Shown: positions 1 through 10,537 of the stretch, in pieces
How the letters are laid out: every line of letters begins with the position of its first letter
How positions within the stretch are numbered: the stretch's first letter is position 1
Translations under genes and position numbers: made by a program
Source: Planctomycetota bacterium
GTDB lineage: Bacteria; Planctomycetota; UBA1135; UBA2386
Direction of reading: 5' to 3'
Assembly: GCA_965223545.1 (NCBI GenBank)
Contig: OZ245006.1
Span: 1,376,001 to 1,440,000 of the forward strand
Length of the DNA stretch: 64,000 nucleotides
The notes under the pieces: model-generated
Told to the model about the DNA's origin: nothing
Databases searched by the model: none
The model's input: only the letters and a program-made list of their open reading frames with translations

Positions 1-1
1 G

Positions 2-751
2 GTTGCCGGCCACATCGTCGAGTGCGGGCCCCAATGCACTGGCGGAAACTTCACCGGTTGGCGCGAAGTCGAGGACCTGGCACGCGTCGGCTATCCGGTC
101 ATCGAAGCGCACCCCGATGGCACGTTCTACGTCACCAAACACGCCGGTACCGGCGGCCTGGTCGACCGGCGCACCGTCACCGCTCAGCTGCTGTACGAGA
201 TGGGCGATCCGGCGCGCTACCTGACACCCGACTGCACGGCCGCGTTCACCTCGATTCGGCTGGCGCAGGACGGCACCGATCGGGTCAAGGTCGACGGCAT
301 CGAGGGCGGCCCCCCCACCGACACCTACAAGGTGTCGATCAGCTACTTCAACGGCTACAAGACGCTCGGTCAGCTGACGGTGTCCGGGCCGGACGCGATC
401 GACAAGGCGCGGCTGTGCGAGCGCATCGTCTTCGACCGGCTGGCGCTCGACGGCGTCGAGTTCCGGCCGGAGCAGAAGACCTTCGAGATGGTCGGCGCGG
501 GGGTCTGCCTCGACGGCATTCTCACCACCGCCGACCCGCCGGAGGTCGTACTGCGCATCGGCGTCCGCGACGACGATCGCGACAAGGTCAACCGGTTCGG
601 CATGGAGATCGTGCCACTGGTGACCTCGGGACCGCCCGGGGTGACCGGTTTCGCCGGCGGCCGGCCGAAGGCGACCGAGATCATCGGCTACTGGCCAGCC
701 CTGCTCGGCAAGGACAAGGTGACGCCGCAGATCGCGGTCGAGGAAGTCTGA
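2..751 (+). CDS. Acyclic terpene utilization AtuA-family protein (DUF1446), 5'-truncated by window edge
   Basis: Frame from nt 2 reads VAGHIVECGPQCTGGNF, continuing to QLLYEMGDPARYLTPDCTA, motifs typical of AtuA/DUF1446. Confidence 0.85.
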   Translation, partial: VAGHIVECGPQCTGGNFTGWREVEDLARVGYPVIEAHPDGTFYVTKHAGTGGLVDRRTVTAQLLYEMGDPARYLTPDCTAAFTSIRLAQDGTDRVKVDGIEGGPPTDTYKVSISYFNGYKTLGQLTVSGPDAIDKARLCERIVFDRLALDGVEFRPEQKTFEMVGAGVCLDGILTTADPPEVVLRIGVRDDDRDKVNRFGMEIVPLVTSGPPGVTGFAGGRPKATEIIGYWPALLGKDKVTPQIAVEEV

Positions 752-764
752 ACGGAGGAACGGT

Positions 765-1079
765 ATGACCCGCGTCAAGCTCAGCGACATCGCGCACGCG
801 CGCTCTGGCGACAAGGGCGACGGCAGCAACATCGGCATCTTCGTCGACGATCCAGCGCACTACCCGGTGCTCGTCGAGCAGCTCACCGCCGAACGCGTCA
901 AGCAGCACTTCGCCGCGATCTGCCACGGCGACGTCGAACGCTTCGAGGCGGAGAATTTGGCGGCGCTCAACTTCATCCTGCACGACAGCCTCGGCGGCGG
1001 CGGCAGCGAGAGCCAGCGCACCGACGCGCAGGGCAAGGCGCACTGCCTGGGACTGCTGCAGATGGAGATCGAGCTCTGA
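765..1079 (+). CDS. AtuA-related small protein (ferredoxin-fold C-terminal module)
   Basis: [10 protein letters not shown] and GGGG...RTDAQGK motifs; GGAGGA SD upstream; follows the AtuA gene. Confidence 0.85.
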   Translation: MTRVKLSDIAHARSGDKGDGSNIGIFVDDPAHYPVLVEQLTAERVKQHFAAICHGDVERFEAENLAALNFILHDSLGGGGSESQRTDAQGKAHCLGLLQMEIEL

Positions 1080-1984
1080 GCGCGATCCTCGACGGCGTCC
1101 TACAGCGCGCGCGCGCGGCGCGGCGGCGCGTCGCTCTACCCGAAGTCAAAGACCCCCGCGTGCAACAGGCGCGGGACCGCCTGCAGGCCGAAGGGATCGC
1201 CGACGTGGTCTGGGTCGAGGCGCCGGCGGAGCACCCACTCGCCGGCGCCGCGGCCGCGCATCTGTTCGAGCGGCGGCGACACAAGGGACTGAGCGAGGCC
1301 GAGGCCCGCGCCCTGGTCCGCGACCCGCTCTACTTCGCCGCCTGCCTCGTCGCTCTCGGCGAAGCCGACGCGAGCGTCGCCGGTAGCCTCGCGTCGACCC
1401 CGGATGTGATCCGCGCCGGCCTGCACTGCGTCGGCCTGGCGCCCGGCATCGACACCGTGTCGTCGATGTTCCTCATGCTGCGCGGCGACGAGGCACTCAG
1501 CTACGCCGATTGTGGAGTGCTGCCGGCGCCCGACGCGCGCCAGCTCGCGGACCTCGCCTGGCTCACAGCGGCACACCACCGCCGCTTCACCGGCGCCGAG
1601 CCGCGCGTCGCGTTCCTCTCGTTCTCGACCAAGGGGAGCGCGGAACACGAACGGGTGGATACCGTGCGCGACGCTGCGGCGCGGTTTCGCACCGCTCATC
1701 CCGACGTCATCGCCGATGGCGAGTTGCAGTTCGACGCGGCGTACGTGCCCGGCGTCGCCGCGCGCAAAGCGCCGGACAGCCCGCTCCAGGGCAGCGCCAA
1801 CACCCTGGTGTTTCCCAACCTCGACGCCGGCAATCTGGCCTACAAGATCACCGAGCGACTGGCCGGCTTCTCCGCGTTCGGGCCGCTGATCCAGGGCTTG
1901 GCCAAGCCCTGCTTGGATCTGTCGCGCGGCTGCTCGGCCGACGACATCGTGCACGTCGCGGCCCTGGCCGCGCTCATGTGCTGA
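1076..1984 (+). CDS. pta: Phosphate acetyltransferase / phosphotransacylase
   Basis: [38 protein letters not shown] motifs. Frame extends upstream of the ORF-track start through RRVALPE to a CTG at 1076 overlapping the upstream TGA. Confidence 0.85.
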   Translation: MSAILDGVLQRARAARRRVALPEVKDPRVQQARDRLQAEGIADVVWVEAPAEHPLAGAAAAHLFERRRHKGLSEAEARALVRDPLYFAACLVALGEADASVAGSLASTPDVIRAGLHCVGLAPGIDTVSSMFLMLRGDEALSYADCGVLPAPDARQLADLAWLTAAHHRRFTGAEPRVAFLSFSTKGSAEHERVDTVRDAAARFRTAHPDVIADGELQFDAAYVPGVAARKAPDSPLQGSANTLVFPNLDAGNLAYKITERLAGFSAFGPLIQGLAKPCLDLSRGCSADDIVHVAALAALMC

Positions 1985-2717
1985 ACCGATAGACCAAGCC
2001 ACCCAACCACTCGTGCAGCGCCCATGCGCTGTCGCGCAGCGCGACCCAAGAGGGCAGCCAACCGGTGCGCCAGGACGCGGGCAGGGGCCGAAAGGCGGTC
2101 GGCGCCGGCACAACCTGCAGACCGGCGCGTTCGAAGCTGCGCTGAGCGCGCGGCATGTGCCAGGCGTGCGTCACCAAGAACACGCGGCGCACGCCGGCGT
2201 CGGTCAGCATCTCGGCGCTGAACGTGGCGTTCTCCGCGGTGTTGGTCGAGCGCGCCTCCTCCCAGCGCACCGTCGCGCCAAACTCGCCCTCGAGGACCCC
2301 GCGCATCAGGGCGGCATGCGGAACGGTCGCGCCGGCGGCCGCACCACCGCTGACCAACACGGGTGCGCGCGTGGCGCGCTGCAGGGCGGCGGCGTAGCGC
2401 ACTCGCTGCAGGGCCAAGCCGCCCAGCGTCGGTCCGCCGCCGAAGTCCGGCGCGAGCCGGACGGTGTCGGCGCTGAGCACGACGATGGCTTCGGCACGGC
2501 CCGTTGCGGAAGCGAGGTCGAGTGCCGCGGTCCGCTGCAGCGGGGCCAACAACAGCGCCGCGCACCACGGCGTCGCCAGCAACCACAGCGCCACCACCGC
2601 TGACACCACCAAGAACCGGCCGGCGCGCGGCGCGCGACGCCACAGCAGGAGACCGGCGAGCAGCAGCACCAAGTTGCCGCCCGGCGGCAGGACCAGCGCC
2701 TTCAGCAGCCCGCGCAT
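1974..2717 (-). CDS. YdcF/ElyC (DUF218) family membrane protein
   Basis: N-terminal TM segments; [29 protein letters not shown] motifs. Confidence 0.9.
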   Translation of the reverse strand: MRGLLKALVLPPGGNLVLLLAGLLLWRRAPRAGRFLVVSAVVALWLLATPWCAALLLAPLQRTAALDLASATGRAEAIVVLSADTVRLAPDFGGGPTLGGLALQRVRYAAALQRATRAPVLVSGGAAAGATVPHAALMRGVLEGEFGATVRWEEARSTNTAENATFSAEMLTDAGVRRVFLVTHAWHMPRAQRSFERAGLQVVPAPTAFRPLPASWRTGWLPSWVALRDSAWALHEWLGGLVYRFST

Positions 2718-2724
2718 CAAAGCG

Positions 2725-3765
2725 TCAGCGCAGGTGGTCGGCGGGCATCACGCCCTTCTTCGCTTTGCCGAAGCCGAACGGGGTCGGCGCGTACTCGACG
2801 CCCAGCGAGACGTCGCTGCGCTCGGGAATGCGTTCCTCGAGCCCGACCGCCCAGTAGCACGCATTCACCAACAAGCGCCGCAGCCCCTCGCTTTCGAAGT
2901 CGGTGGCGGCCCCCATCGTCGTGCAGAACACGCGGTTGCGGGTGCCATCGGCGTGCTCGTAGTCACGCACCCAAGCCAGCGGCATCATCGGCGCGTTCTT
3001 CGCCCCGTCCACCGGCGGATCGTCGGGCTGCATGCCGGCGACCACCTCGCCGCGGAGCAACACGGTGACATCTTCGGGCGGCCGCGCCGTGTAGACGTCG
3101 GTCGGGCCGAAAACGCCCTCGACGCCGCGCAGGATGGGGTGATCGGCGTTGGCCTCCTCGACGATGCCGCGCGTCGCCTCGCGGCCGTGGTGGCCGTGGT
3201 GCGCGACCCAGGTCTCGCCCAAGACCTGCCGGCCGAAACCGCCGGGCCACTCCTTGCTGCGAAAGTCGTAGTGCGCGAACTCGCTGTCGGGGTCGCGCGA
3301 GTAGTGGAACGCGTGGGTCGCGGTGCGCAGCCCGAGGATCGGCTTGCCCGCCGCCAGGAACTCGTCGAAGTGGCGCATCTCGGCGTCGGGCAGCTCGCGG
3401 AAGCGAAAGAACACCACCGCGGCGTCGGCGTCGCGCAGCACCGACAGGCCGGTGACGTTGGTCTGGTTGTCGGGGTCGATCGCGCCGCTCTCCGGGTCGG
3501 TGGCGAACAGCACCGTGCAGCGAAACCCATGTCGCTCCGCCAACAAGCGGGCCAGCATCGGGCACGCCTCCTCGGATCGGTACTCCTCGTCGCCGCTGAG
3601 GAAGACGATGTGCCTGCCTGCGCCGGGGCCACCCTCGCCCTCGAAGGTGATCGACGCCGCAGGAGCGTCGGCCGGAGCTCGTGCCGGCGGCTCGGACTCG
3701 TCCTGTCCGCGCGCGGTAGCGATGGTCGTGACAGCGACGGCGAGGAAGAGAAGGAGGTGGCGCAT
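2725..3765 (-). CDS. Secreted ThuA-like (class I glutamine amidotransferase-fold) protein
   Basis: Signal peptide MRHLLLFLAVAV; SGDEEYRSEE, GLRTATHAF, RVFCTTMG motifs; start moved downstream of the intergenic repeat. Confidence 0.8.
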   Translation of the reverse strand: MRHLLLFLAVAVTTIATARGQDESEPPARAPADAPAASITFEGEGGPGAGRHIVFLSGDEEYRSEEACPMLARLLAERHGFRCTVLFATDPESGAIDPDNQTNVTGLSVLRDADAAVVFFRFRELPDAEMRHFDEFLAAGKPILGLRTATHAFHYSRDPDSEFAHYDFRSKEWPGGFGRQVLGETWVAHHGHHGREATRGIVEEANADHPILRGVEGVFGPTDVYTARPPEDVTVLLRGEVVAGMQPDDPPVDGAKNAPMMPLAWVRDYEHADGTRNRVFCTTMGAATDFESEGLRRLLVNACYWAVGLEERIPERSDVSLGVEYAPTPFGFGKAKKGVMPADHLR

Positions 3766-3787
3766 GGCCGAGAGCCTACGCCGGTAC

Positions 3788-4221
3788 GCCTCCGGTGCCA
3801 CGAATCGTCGTTGGCCGTGCTGAGCCTCGGGGGCCGAGAATGTTCGAGCGGCAACAACCTTTCGGAAGGCCCGTCGTCGCCGGGACTTCGACAACGCAGC
3901 TCCCGGAGGCTCGAAGACAACACTGGCCTCTGGGATCAGCGCGGCCGCCGGCGACCGCGGGACCCGCGACCGACGCTCGGGTCGCGGAATGCTCCGTGTT
4001 TGTTTGCGGCCTCGGCCGCGCTGAGCCTCCGGCGCCACGAATCGTCGAGCTTCGACAGCATTCTCGAGGCAACGCCGCTGCCATGGCGACAACGCCGCCG
4101 CGCCGGAGGCTCGGAGAGACAGTGCCTCCTGGCTCAGCGCGGCGGCGGATGGCTCGGACCTTCCAAGCCGCTCCGGCAAAAGCGGCATCCGAGTTTGGTT
4201 GCGGCCGTGGCCGCGCTGAGC
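3788..4221 (+). repeat. Modular intergenic repeat, locus 1 (truncated B, module A, linker, module B, linker)
   Basis: Direct alignment by eye with 37590-37982 and the reverse complement of 39531-39740; modules bounded by GCTGAGC/GCTCAGC-like motifs. Confidence 0.9.
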
Positions 4222-4242
4222 TCCAGACCAACGCGGGGACGA

Positions 4243-4809
4243 TCAGCCGGCGGCCTCGGCGCTCGCGTAGAGGTCGTCGGGCTCCTCGATCGGCACCCAC
4301 GGGATGGTCTCGAGCTCGACCTTCCAGTGCCAACCCTCGGGCCGGCGGTGGGCGCCGGCCAGCGGCACCTCCACCTCGTCGGTGTACATCATCCACGGGC
4401 CGAGCGGCAGGCCCCAAGGATGCTGCATCCGCAGCCGCCCCGCGCTGACCGGGTTGCCCTCGGCGTCGAGGACCGCCAGCACGACTTTGACCCGATCGAT
4501 GGGCTCACCGGTCGTGTTGCGGAACATCACGCGCGCGCGCACCGACTCCCAGCCGGGCCCCCCCTCCAGCGCCCAGCGCCGGACGGTCAGCTCACCGCGA
4601 TCGCCGAAGTCGAACACGATCGGATCGTCGTGGTCCCAGCGCAGCTCGGCCTTGAGCTGCTTCAGCTGGTCCCACTCGTGTTGCCGCTGCTCGCCGAATC
4701 GCATCAGCTCCGCCCGCGACTCGGGGCCGTCCGCCCAGCCATGGGACTGGCACGCGCCGGCGAGTCCGACCAGGGTGAGGAGAGCGATCCGCGCAGAAGT
4801 CAGGGTCAT
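4243..4809 (-). CDS. Hypothetical lipoprotein
   Basis: MTLTSARIALLTLVGLAGAC lipobox-like signal; beta-rich C-terminal part. Confidence 0.65.
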   Translation of the reverse strand: MTLTSARIALLTLVGLAGACQSHGWADGPESRAELMRFGEQRQHEWDQLKQLKAELRWDHDDPIVFDFGDRGELTVRRWALEGGPGWESVRARVMFRNTTGEPIDRVKVVLAVLDAEGNPVSAGRLRMQHPWGLPLGPWMMYTDEVEVPLAGAHRRPEGWHWKVELETIPWVPIEEPDDLYASAEAAG

Positions 4810-5078
4810 CGGTTCGAGGTTCCTACGAGAAGCTGCATTGTGCGTTGCACGAAGCCGCGCGCCGAGGAGAACTGCAAGAAGCGGGCCAAACGCCCTACCC
4901 TTGCCAACGACGGATCGGCGGCGGCCAAGACCCCGCCCGACGGCCCCGGAGTGTCCTCGCCAAAGGACGCCGGGGTCGCCCCCTGGCGACGCCCCGGCGT
5001 GGTACTCTTGGCAGTGCGGGCGCGATCCGTCCGGAGGGTCTCGCTCGGCAGAATTCGACACACCGAAACCCGCGACCA

Positions 5079-7748
5079 ATGCCCCGCCTCCTCCTGCTCA
5101 CCGCCGCGGTGCTCGCCGGCGCAGCACTGTCCGTGCACGACGCCCTTTTGCGACCGCTGTCGAGCGCGCCCGGCAACGACAGCGCCGACCATGCGACGGC
5201 GCGCTTTGCCGCCTTCGACCGCCTGGTCGACGAGAGGCCGACCGAGCCCGCCGGCTTCATCGCCAACCGCGGGCAATGGGATCACCCCGCGGCGTTCGTC
5301 ACCCACCACGGAGCGGTGACCGGATTCGTCGAAGCCGGTGGATGGGTGCTCGACTTGGCGGTCTCGCCCGCACGCGAAGCGAAGCGCCGAGTGGCCCTGC
5401 GGATCCAGTTCGAGGATGCCGCGCCCGCCCAGTGGCGCGGCCACCGTGCACTGCCCGGCAAGCTGCACTACTTCGTCGGCGATCCCGAGCGGTGGCGCAC
5501 CGACGTTCGGCGCTACGCCGCGGTCCGCGCCGAGGGTCTCTACCCGGGCGTCGCCGCACAGCTGCGCTCCGACGACGGTCACCTCGCGTACGACCTGCTG
5601 CTCGCTCCGCGCGCCGCGCTCGACTCCATCGTCCTGCGCGTCGACGGCGCCGATCGCATCACGCTGGACCCCGACGGCGCCCTGCTGGTGCACACCCCGC
5701 TCGGTGTGCTCCGCCAGCAGCCGCCGACCACTTGGCAGATCGACGACGCGGGCGCGCACCACGCCCTGCCGTCGATGTTCGTGCAGCGCGGACCGCGGCG
5801 CTTCGGCTTCCAAGTGCCCGACCGCGACGCCGACGCTGCGCTGTTGATCGACCCCGGCTTGCAGTGGTCGACGGTGCTCCCGGGCGCACCGATCACCAGC
5901 GCGGCGTCGAGCGAGATCCTCGCTGTGGACGTCGCCCCCAACGGCGTCACCACCGTCTGCGGCGGCACCCGGGAGACGGCCTACCCGACCACGCTGGGCG
6001 TCTACAGCACGACGCACTTGGGCCAATCGGACGCCTTCGTCAGCCAGCTCGACCCCCGCCAAACGGGCGCCGCGCAGCTGATCTTCTCGACCTTCGTCGG
6101 CGGCAACCTCGGTGAGCGCGCGCTCAACGTGGTGGTCGGATCCGACGGTGCGATCACCATCGCCGGACAGACCGCCTCGACCGAGTTCCCGACCACGATC
6201 GGCGCCTACGACCGCACCCACAACGGCAACGGCGACATGTTCGTGACCCAGCTCGATCCGGCGCAGACCGGTCGCGCCCAGCTGCGCTACTCCACGCTGG
6301 TGGGCGGCCTGCTCGGCGAGTTCAACACCGCGCTTTGGGTCGACGACAACGGCGTCATCACCGCGACCGGAGACACCTCGTCGCCGAACTTCCCGATCAC
6401 GCCCGGCGCCTACGACCCGATCTTCAAGGGGGGGCCGGTCGGCGCCGGCTTCGACGTCTGCGTGATTCGCCTCGACCCCGCCCTGCCCACCGCGCAGCAG
6501 CTGACCTACTCGACGTTCTTGGGCAGCGGCTTCACCGATTCTTCCGACGCGCTCTTCGTCGATCAGAACGGCATCATCACCTGCGCCGGCGAGACGCACT
6601 CGCCGGAGTTTCCGAAGACCGCCGACGCGTTCGACGCGACCTTCAACGGCAAGATCGACGCGTGGATCTCGGTGCTGGATCCGACGCGCGTCGGCAAAGC
6701 GCAGCTGCTGTACGGCACGCTGCTCGGAGGCGCGAAGGAGGACATGATCAACGCGCTCTGGGTCGACGCCAACGGCGTGATCACCGTCGGCGGTGACACG
6801 CTGTCGTCCGACTTCCCGGTCACCGCCAACGCGTTCGACGCGACCATCGGCCTGGATTCGTTCGACTTCTTCTTCACCACCATCGACCGGCGCCAGCCAC
6901 CGGCGAACCAGCTGCTGTACTCGACGTTCATGGGCGGCATCGGCAACGAGAACCTCGCCGAGATGGTGGTCGACGAGAGCGGCGCGATCGCGTTTGCCGG
7001 CGAATCCGTCTCGATCGACTTCCCGACGACCGCCGGCGCCTGGGACCCGACCTACAACCATCCCAGCAACAACGGCCCGCCCGACGTGATCTTCGGCCGC
7101 CTGCGGCCGTCGCGCACCGGAGCTGCCCAGCTCGAGTACGCCAGCTACTTCGGCGGCACCGGGCCGCGCGGCCCCGAGGGCCCGGGCTGGGAGCTCGTGC
7201 ACGACGCGGACACCGACGCACTGGGCCAGCTGACCGCGGCCGGTGCGACCTACTCCGACGACTTCCCCACCACCGCCGGCGCGTTTGCCAACCGGGGCAC
7301 GGGCGGTTTCCGCGACGGCTTCGCCGCGCGGATGGATCTGTTGCCCCGCGGTGCCAGCTTCGTCGGCAACGCTTCGGCCGGCTGCGCCGGCGATCCGCGC
7401 ATCAGCGTCGTCGGCCCACTCACACCCGGCAGCCAGGCGCTGCTGACCTCGACCAACGGGCCGCCCACCGCACCGGGCGTGCTGCTGCTCGGCGCGGCCG
7501 CCACCGCGGTGCCGATCCCGCTGCTCGGCGTCGAGGTCTGGGTCGACCTGCTGGCGCCCAACGCCACCGTTCCCTCGGCCAGTGACGGAGTGACCTTCGC
7601 CGAGGTCGCGCTCGGCATCCCACCCCAACCGCAGCTGGTCGGCAACAGTGTGTTCGCCCAGTTCTTGTGGCTCGGGCCGAGCGCACCGGCGCCGTGTCCG
7701 GCCACGGGCCTGTCGGCGACCCCCGCGCTGCAGCTCACCGTACAATGA
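5079..7748 (+). CDS. Secreted SBBP-repeat (beta-propeller) protein with C-terminal shared domain
   Basis: Signal peptide; FIANRGQW and GLYPGV N-domain; repeated GxTxSxDFPTTxGAYD...YSTxLGG units. Confidence 0.85.
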   Translation: MPRLLLLTAAVLAGAALSVHDALLRPLSSAPGNDSADHATARFAAFDRLVDERPTEPAGFIANRGQWDHPAAFVTHHGAVTGFVEAGGWVLDLAVSPAREAKRRVALRIQFEDAAPAQWRGHRALPGKLHYFVGDPERWRTDVRRYAAVRAEGLYPGVAAQLRSDDGHLAYDLLLAPRAALDSIVLRVDGADRITLDPDGALLVHTPLGVLRQQPPTTWQIDDAGAHHALPSMFVQRGPRRFGFQVPDRDADAALLIDPGLQWSTVLPGAPITSAASSEILAVDVAPNGVTTVCGGTRETAYPTTLGVYSTTHLGQSDAFVSQLDPRQTGAAQLIFSTFVGGNLGERALNVVVGSDGAITIAGQTASTEFPTTIGAYDRTHNGNGDMFVTQLDPAQTGRAQLRYSTLVGGLLGEFNTALWVDDNGVITATGDTSSPNFPITPGAYDPIFKGGPVGAGFDVCVIRLDPALPTAQQLTYSTFLGSGFTDSSDALFVDQNGIITCAGETHSPEFPKTADAFDATFNGKIDAWISVLDPTRVGKAQLLYGTLLGGAKEDMINALWVDANGVITVGGDTLSSDFPVTANAFDATIGLDSFDFFFTTIDRRQPPANQLLYSTFMGGIGNENLAEMVVDESGAIAFAGESVSIDFPTTAGAWDPTYNHPSNNGPPDVIFGRLRPSRTGAAQLEYASYFGGTGPRGPEGPGWELVHDADTDALGQLTAAGATYSDDFPTTAGAFANRGTGGFRDGFAARMDLLPRGASFVGNASAGCAGDPRISVVGPLTPGSQALLTSTNGPPTAPGVLLLGAAATAVPIPLLGVEVWVDLLAPNATVPSASDGVTFAEVALGIPPQPQLVGNSVFAQFLWLGPSAPAPCPATGLSATPALQLTVQ

Positions 7749-7785
7749 CCGCCGGTGTGCGGCGCGCAAGCCACACGGACGCCAC

Positions 7786-8475
7786 TCAGAACTCGCGCGA
7801 GTAGGTCAGCAGCAGCTGCACACCGTCCACGGTGCGCTCGCCGACGCCGGCGTCGAAGTCGAGGTCGGCGGTCATCGCGCGCGCGCTGAGGCCGAGCATC
7901 GATTGGCGCGACACCTCCCACTCGATCCCCACCCGCGCCGCCGCCCCGAGCGCGAACTCGGTGTCGTCGCGCTGCACGTCGAGATCCTCCACGCGCAGCC
8001 GCGCGGCGACCAAGTCGGGCCCGGCGCCGGCGTAGACGCGCAGCCGCGGCAGCGGGTTGATGCTGCCGTACAGACCGAAGAACACCTCGAACATCGCGAA
8101 CGAGAGCTCCGCGCGCACCGTCGCCGGCCCACCCGGCGCGCGCACCTCGCTGGCATCGCGCCGGTGGCTCCACAAGAAGCCGGCGTCGAAGCCCCAGTGC
8201 GCGCTCTCGGTGCGGCCGAAAGGCCGGTGGCCGGCGATGCCCAGCGTCAGCTGGGTCGAGGCGTCGGCGGTGACCTGCTCGCCGGTGCTGGAGGTGCGCT
8301 CCGCGCGCAAGTCTCCGCCGAAGATGCCGACGCCGCCGAGCGCTTGCACCACGGTACCGGGCGCCACGGTGGGCAGCAGCTGCGGGCGCGACGCGGTGCA
8401 CCCCGATGGCAGCGTCGCCACCGCGCCAGCCGCGGCGCTGAGAATCGCTCGGACTACGGGTCGCCAAGTCGACAT
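7786..8475 (-). CDS. Putative outer-membrane beta-barrel protein
   Basis: Alternating amphipathic strands, RVYAGAGP motif, terminal Phe (YSREF). Confidence 0.65.
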   Translation of the reverse strand: MSTWRPVVRAILSAAAGAVATLPSGCTASRPQLLPTVAPGTVVQALGGVGIFGGDLRAERTSSTGEQVTADASTQLTLGIAGHRPFGRTESAHWGFDAGFLWSHRRDASEVRAPGGPATVRAELSFAMFEVFFGLYGSINPLPRLRVYAGAGPDLVAARLRVEDLDVQRDDTEFALGAAARVGIEWEVSRQSMLGLSARAMTADLDFDAGVGERTVDGVQLLLTYSREF

Positions 8476-8533
8476 GCTCGACCAATGATGACGCCAACGC
8501 ACGCCGGGCGGTATCCTCGGGCGCGCACTGCCC

Positions 8534-10528
8534 ATGCACACGATCCGAATCGGCGCCGCCGTCCTCAACCAGACTCCGATGGCGTGGGAGTCGAACCAGC
8601 GCAACATCAGCGACGCCATCGATGCGGCCCGCGAGCAGGGCGTGGCGATCCTCTGCCTGCCCGAGCTGTGCATCACCGGCTACGGCTGCGAGGACGCGTT
8701 CCTGTCGCGCGACCTGCAAGCGACCGCCTGGCAGATCCTGACCGAGCTCGCGCCGCAAACCGACGGCATGGCGGTGGCGATCAGCCTGCCGGTGTTCGTG
8801 CAAAGCGGCATCTTCGACGCCGCCGCCATGGTCATCGACGGCCGCATCCGCGGCCTGGTCGCCAAGCAGTACCTGCCGGCTGACGGCCTGCACTACGAGC
8901 CGCGTTGGTTTCGCGCCTGGCCCGCCGGCCAGCAGACGACCATCACCCGCGGTGGGCGCGAGATTCCATTCGGTGACCTGCTGTTCGACTGCCGCGGTGT
9001 CCGCATCGGGGTCGAGATCTGCGAGGACGCCTGGGTCGCGTCGCGGCCGGGCTTGGCGCAGGCGCGCGAGGGGGTCGATGTGATCCTCAACCCCAGCGCG
9101 AGCCACTTCGCGTTCGGCAAGCACAGAATCCGCAAGCGCTTCGTGCTGGAGGGTTCGCGCTTCTTCGGGGTCGGCTACGCCTTCGCCAACCTGCTCGGCA
9201 ACGAGGCCGGCCGCGCGATCTACGACGGCGACGCCTTGGTCGCCGCCGGCGGCGAGCTGCTGGCCACGGTGCCGCGCTTTTCCTTTGCCGACCTGCAGCT
9301 GACCGCGGCGCAAGTGGACCTCGACCGGTGCCGACTGCTGCGCACGCGGGCAGGCGGCATCCAGCCGGCCACCGGCGCGCCGCGCCCCGGGCTGGTGCGC
9401 TGCGACGCGCGGTTGCCCACCGAGGCACCCGCGGTGAGCCCGCCGGTCGGCGGCGACCCCTGGCCGGACAGCAAGGAAGAGGAGTTCACTCGCGCGACTG
9501 CGCTCGGGCTGCGCGACTACATCGCCAAGACGCACAGCAACGGGGCCGTCGTCTCGCTGAGCGGCGGGGCCGACTCGGCCGCCGTGGCGTGCCTGCTGGC
9601 GCTCATGACCGAGCTCGCGATCGCCGAGCTCGGCCGCGAGGGCTTCGCCGCGAAGCTCCCCGCCGTGCGCGGCCTGGCGGCCGCCACCGACAACCGCGCG
9701 GCGGTCGGCGCCCTGCTCACGACCGTGTATCAAGCCACCGCCAACAGCTCGGAGACCACTCGTGCCGCGGCACGCCAGCTGGCGGAAGCGCTGGGCACGC
9801 GCCATCTCGAGCTCGACGTCGAAGGGCTGGTCCGTGGCTACGTCGAACGCATCGAGGCCGCCACCGGCCGCTCGCTCGACTGGCAGCACGACGACCTCGC
9901 CCTGCAGAACATCCAGGCGCGGGTCCGGGCACCCTCGGTCTGGCTGCTCGCCAATCTCGAGTCCGCTCTGTTGTTGGCCACCAGCAACCGGTCGGAAGTC
10001 GCGGTCGGCTACGCGACCATGGACGGCGATACCTGCGGCGGGCTCAGCCCGATCGCCGGGATCGACAAGACCTCGCTGCGGGAGTGGTTGCGATGGCTGG
10101 AGCAGGACGGCCCGCACGGGCTCGACAAGCTACCGGCGCTGGCCGCGATCAACTGCCAGCAGCCGACCGCCGAGCTGCGGCCGGCGGACCGAAGCCAGAC
10201 CGACGAGGCCGACCTGATGCCATACCCCGTGCTCGACGCAATCGAGCGCGCCGCGATCCGGGACAAGCAGAGCCCGGTGGAGGTCCTCGCCCGACTGACG
10301 GCGCGGTTCGGCGAGCACGATCGGACTCGGCTGGCCGAATGGGTCGAGCGCTTCTTCAGGCTGTGGGCCCGCAATCAGTGGAAGCGCGAGCGCTACGCCC
10401 CCTCGTTCCACCTCGACGACGAGAACCTGGACCCCAAGACCTGGTGCCGGTTCCCGATCCTGTCCGGTGGCTACGAACGCGAGATCACAGCCCTGCGCGC
10501 CGCGATCGAAGCGGACGCCGGCGGCTGA
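8534..10528 (+). CDS. nadE: Glutamine-dependent NAD+ synthetase
   Basis: Nitrilase domain (LPELC, AKQYL, EICEDAW) fused to synthetase domain (SLSGGADS, QNIQARVR, TSNRSE). Confidence 0.95.
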   Translation: MHTIRIGAAVLNQTPMAWESNQRNISDAIDAAREQGVAILCLPELCITGYGCEDAFLSRDLQATAWQILTELAPQTDGMAVAISLPVFVQSGIFDAAAMVIDGRIRGLVAKQYLPADGLHYEPRWFRAWPAGQQTTITRGGREIPFGDLLFDCRGVRIGVEICEDAWVASRPGLAQAREGVDVILNPSASHFAFGKHRIRKRFVLEGSRFFGVGYAFANLLGNEAGRAIYDGDALVAAGGELLATVPRFSFADLQLTAAQVDLDRCRLLRTRAGGIQPATGAPRPGLVRCDARLPTEAPAVSPPVGGDPWPDSKEEEFTRATALGLRDYIAKTHSNGAVVSLSGGADSAAVACLLALMTELAIAELGREGFAAKLPAVRGLAAATDNRAAVGALLTTVYQATANSSETTRAAARQLAEALGTRHLELDVEGLVRGYVERIEAATGRSLDWQHDDLALQNIQARVRAPSVWLLANLESALLLATSNRSEVAVGYATMDGDTCGGLSPIAGIDKTSLREWLRWLEQDGPHGLDKLPALAAINCQQPTAELRPADRSQTDEADLMPYPVLDAIERAAIRDKQSPVEVLARLTARFGEHDRTRLAEWVERFFRLWARNQWKRERYAPSFHLDDENLDPKTWCRFPILSGGYEREITALRAAIEADAGG

Positions 10529-10537
10529 CCGCGCGGC

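Noticed and set aside
3788..4221. Modular repeat as a CRISPR array
   Set aside because: Units are about 200 bp, only 1-2 per locus, linkers recur between loci, and there are no cas genes in the window.
2464..5319. 951-aa plus-strand ORF, and similar long ORFs at 4806-7769, 7250-10117, 29233-31581, 31588-34773, 57851-60457 and 61524-63701
   Set aside because: Antisense or off-frame shadows of well-supported genes; long stop-free frames are expected at this GC content and they show no family motifs.
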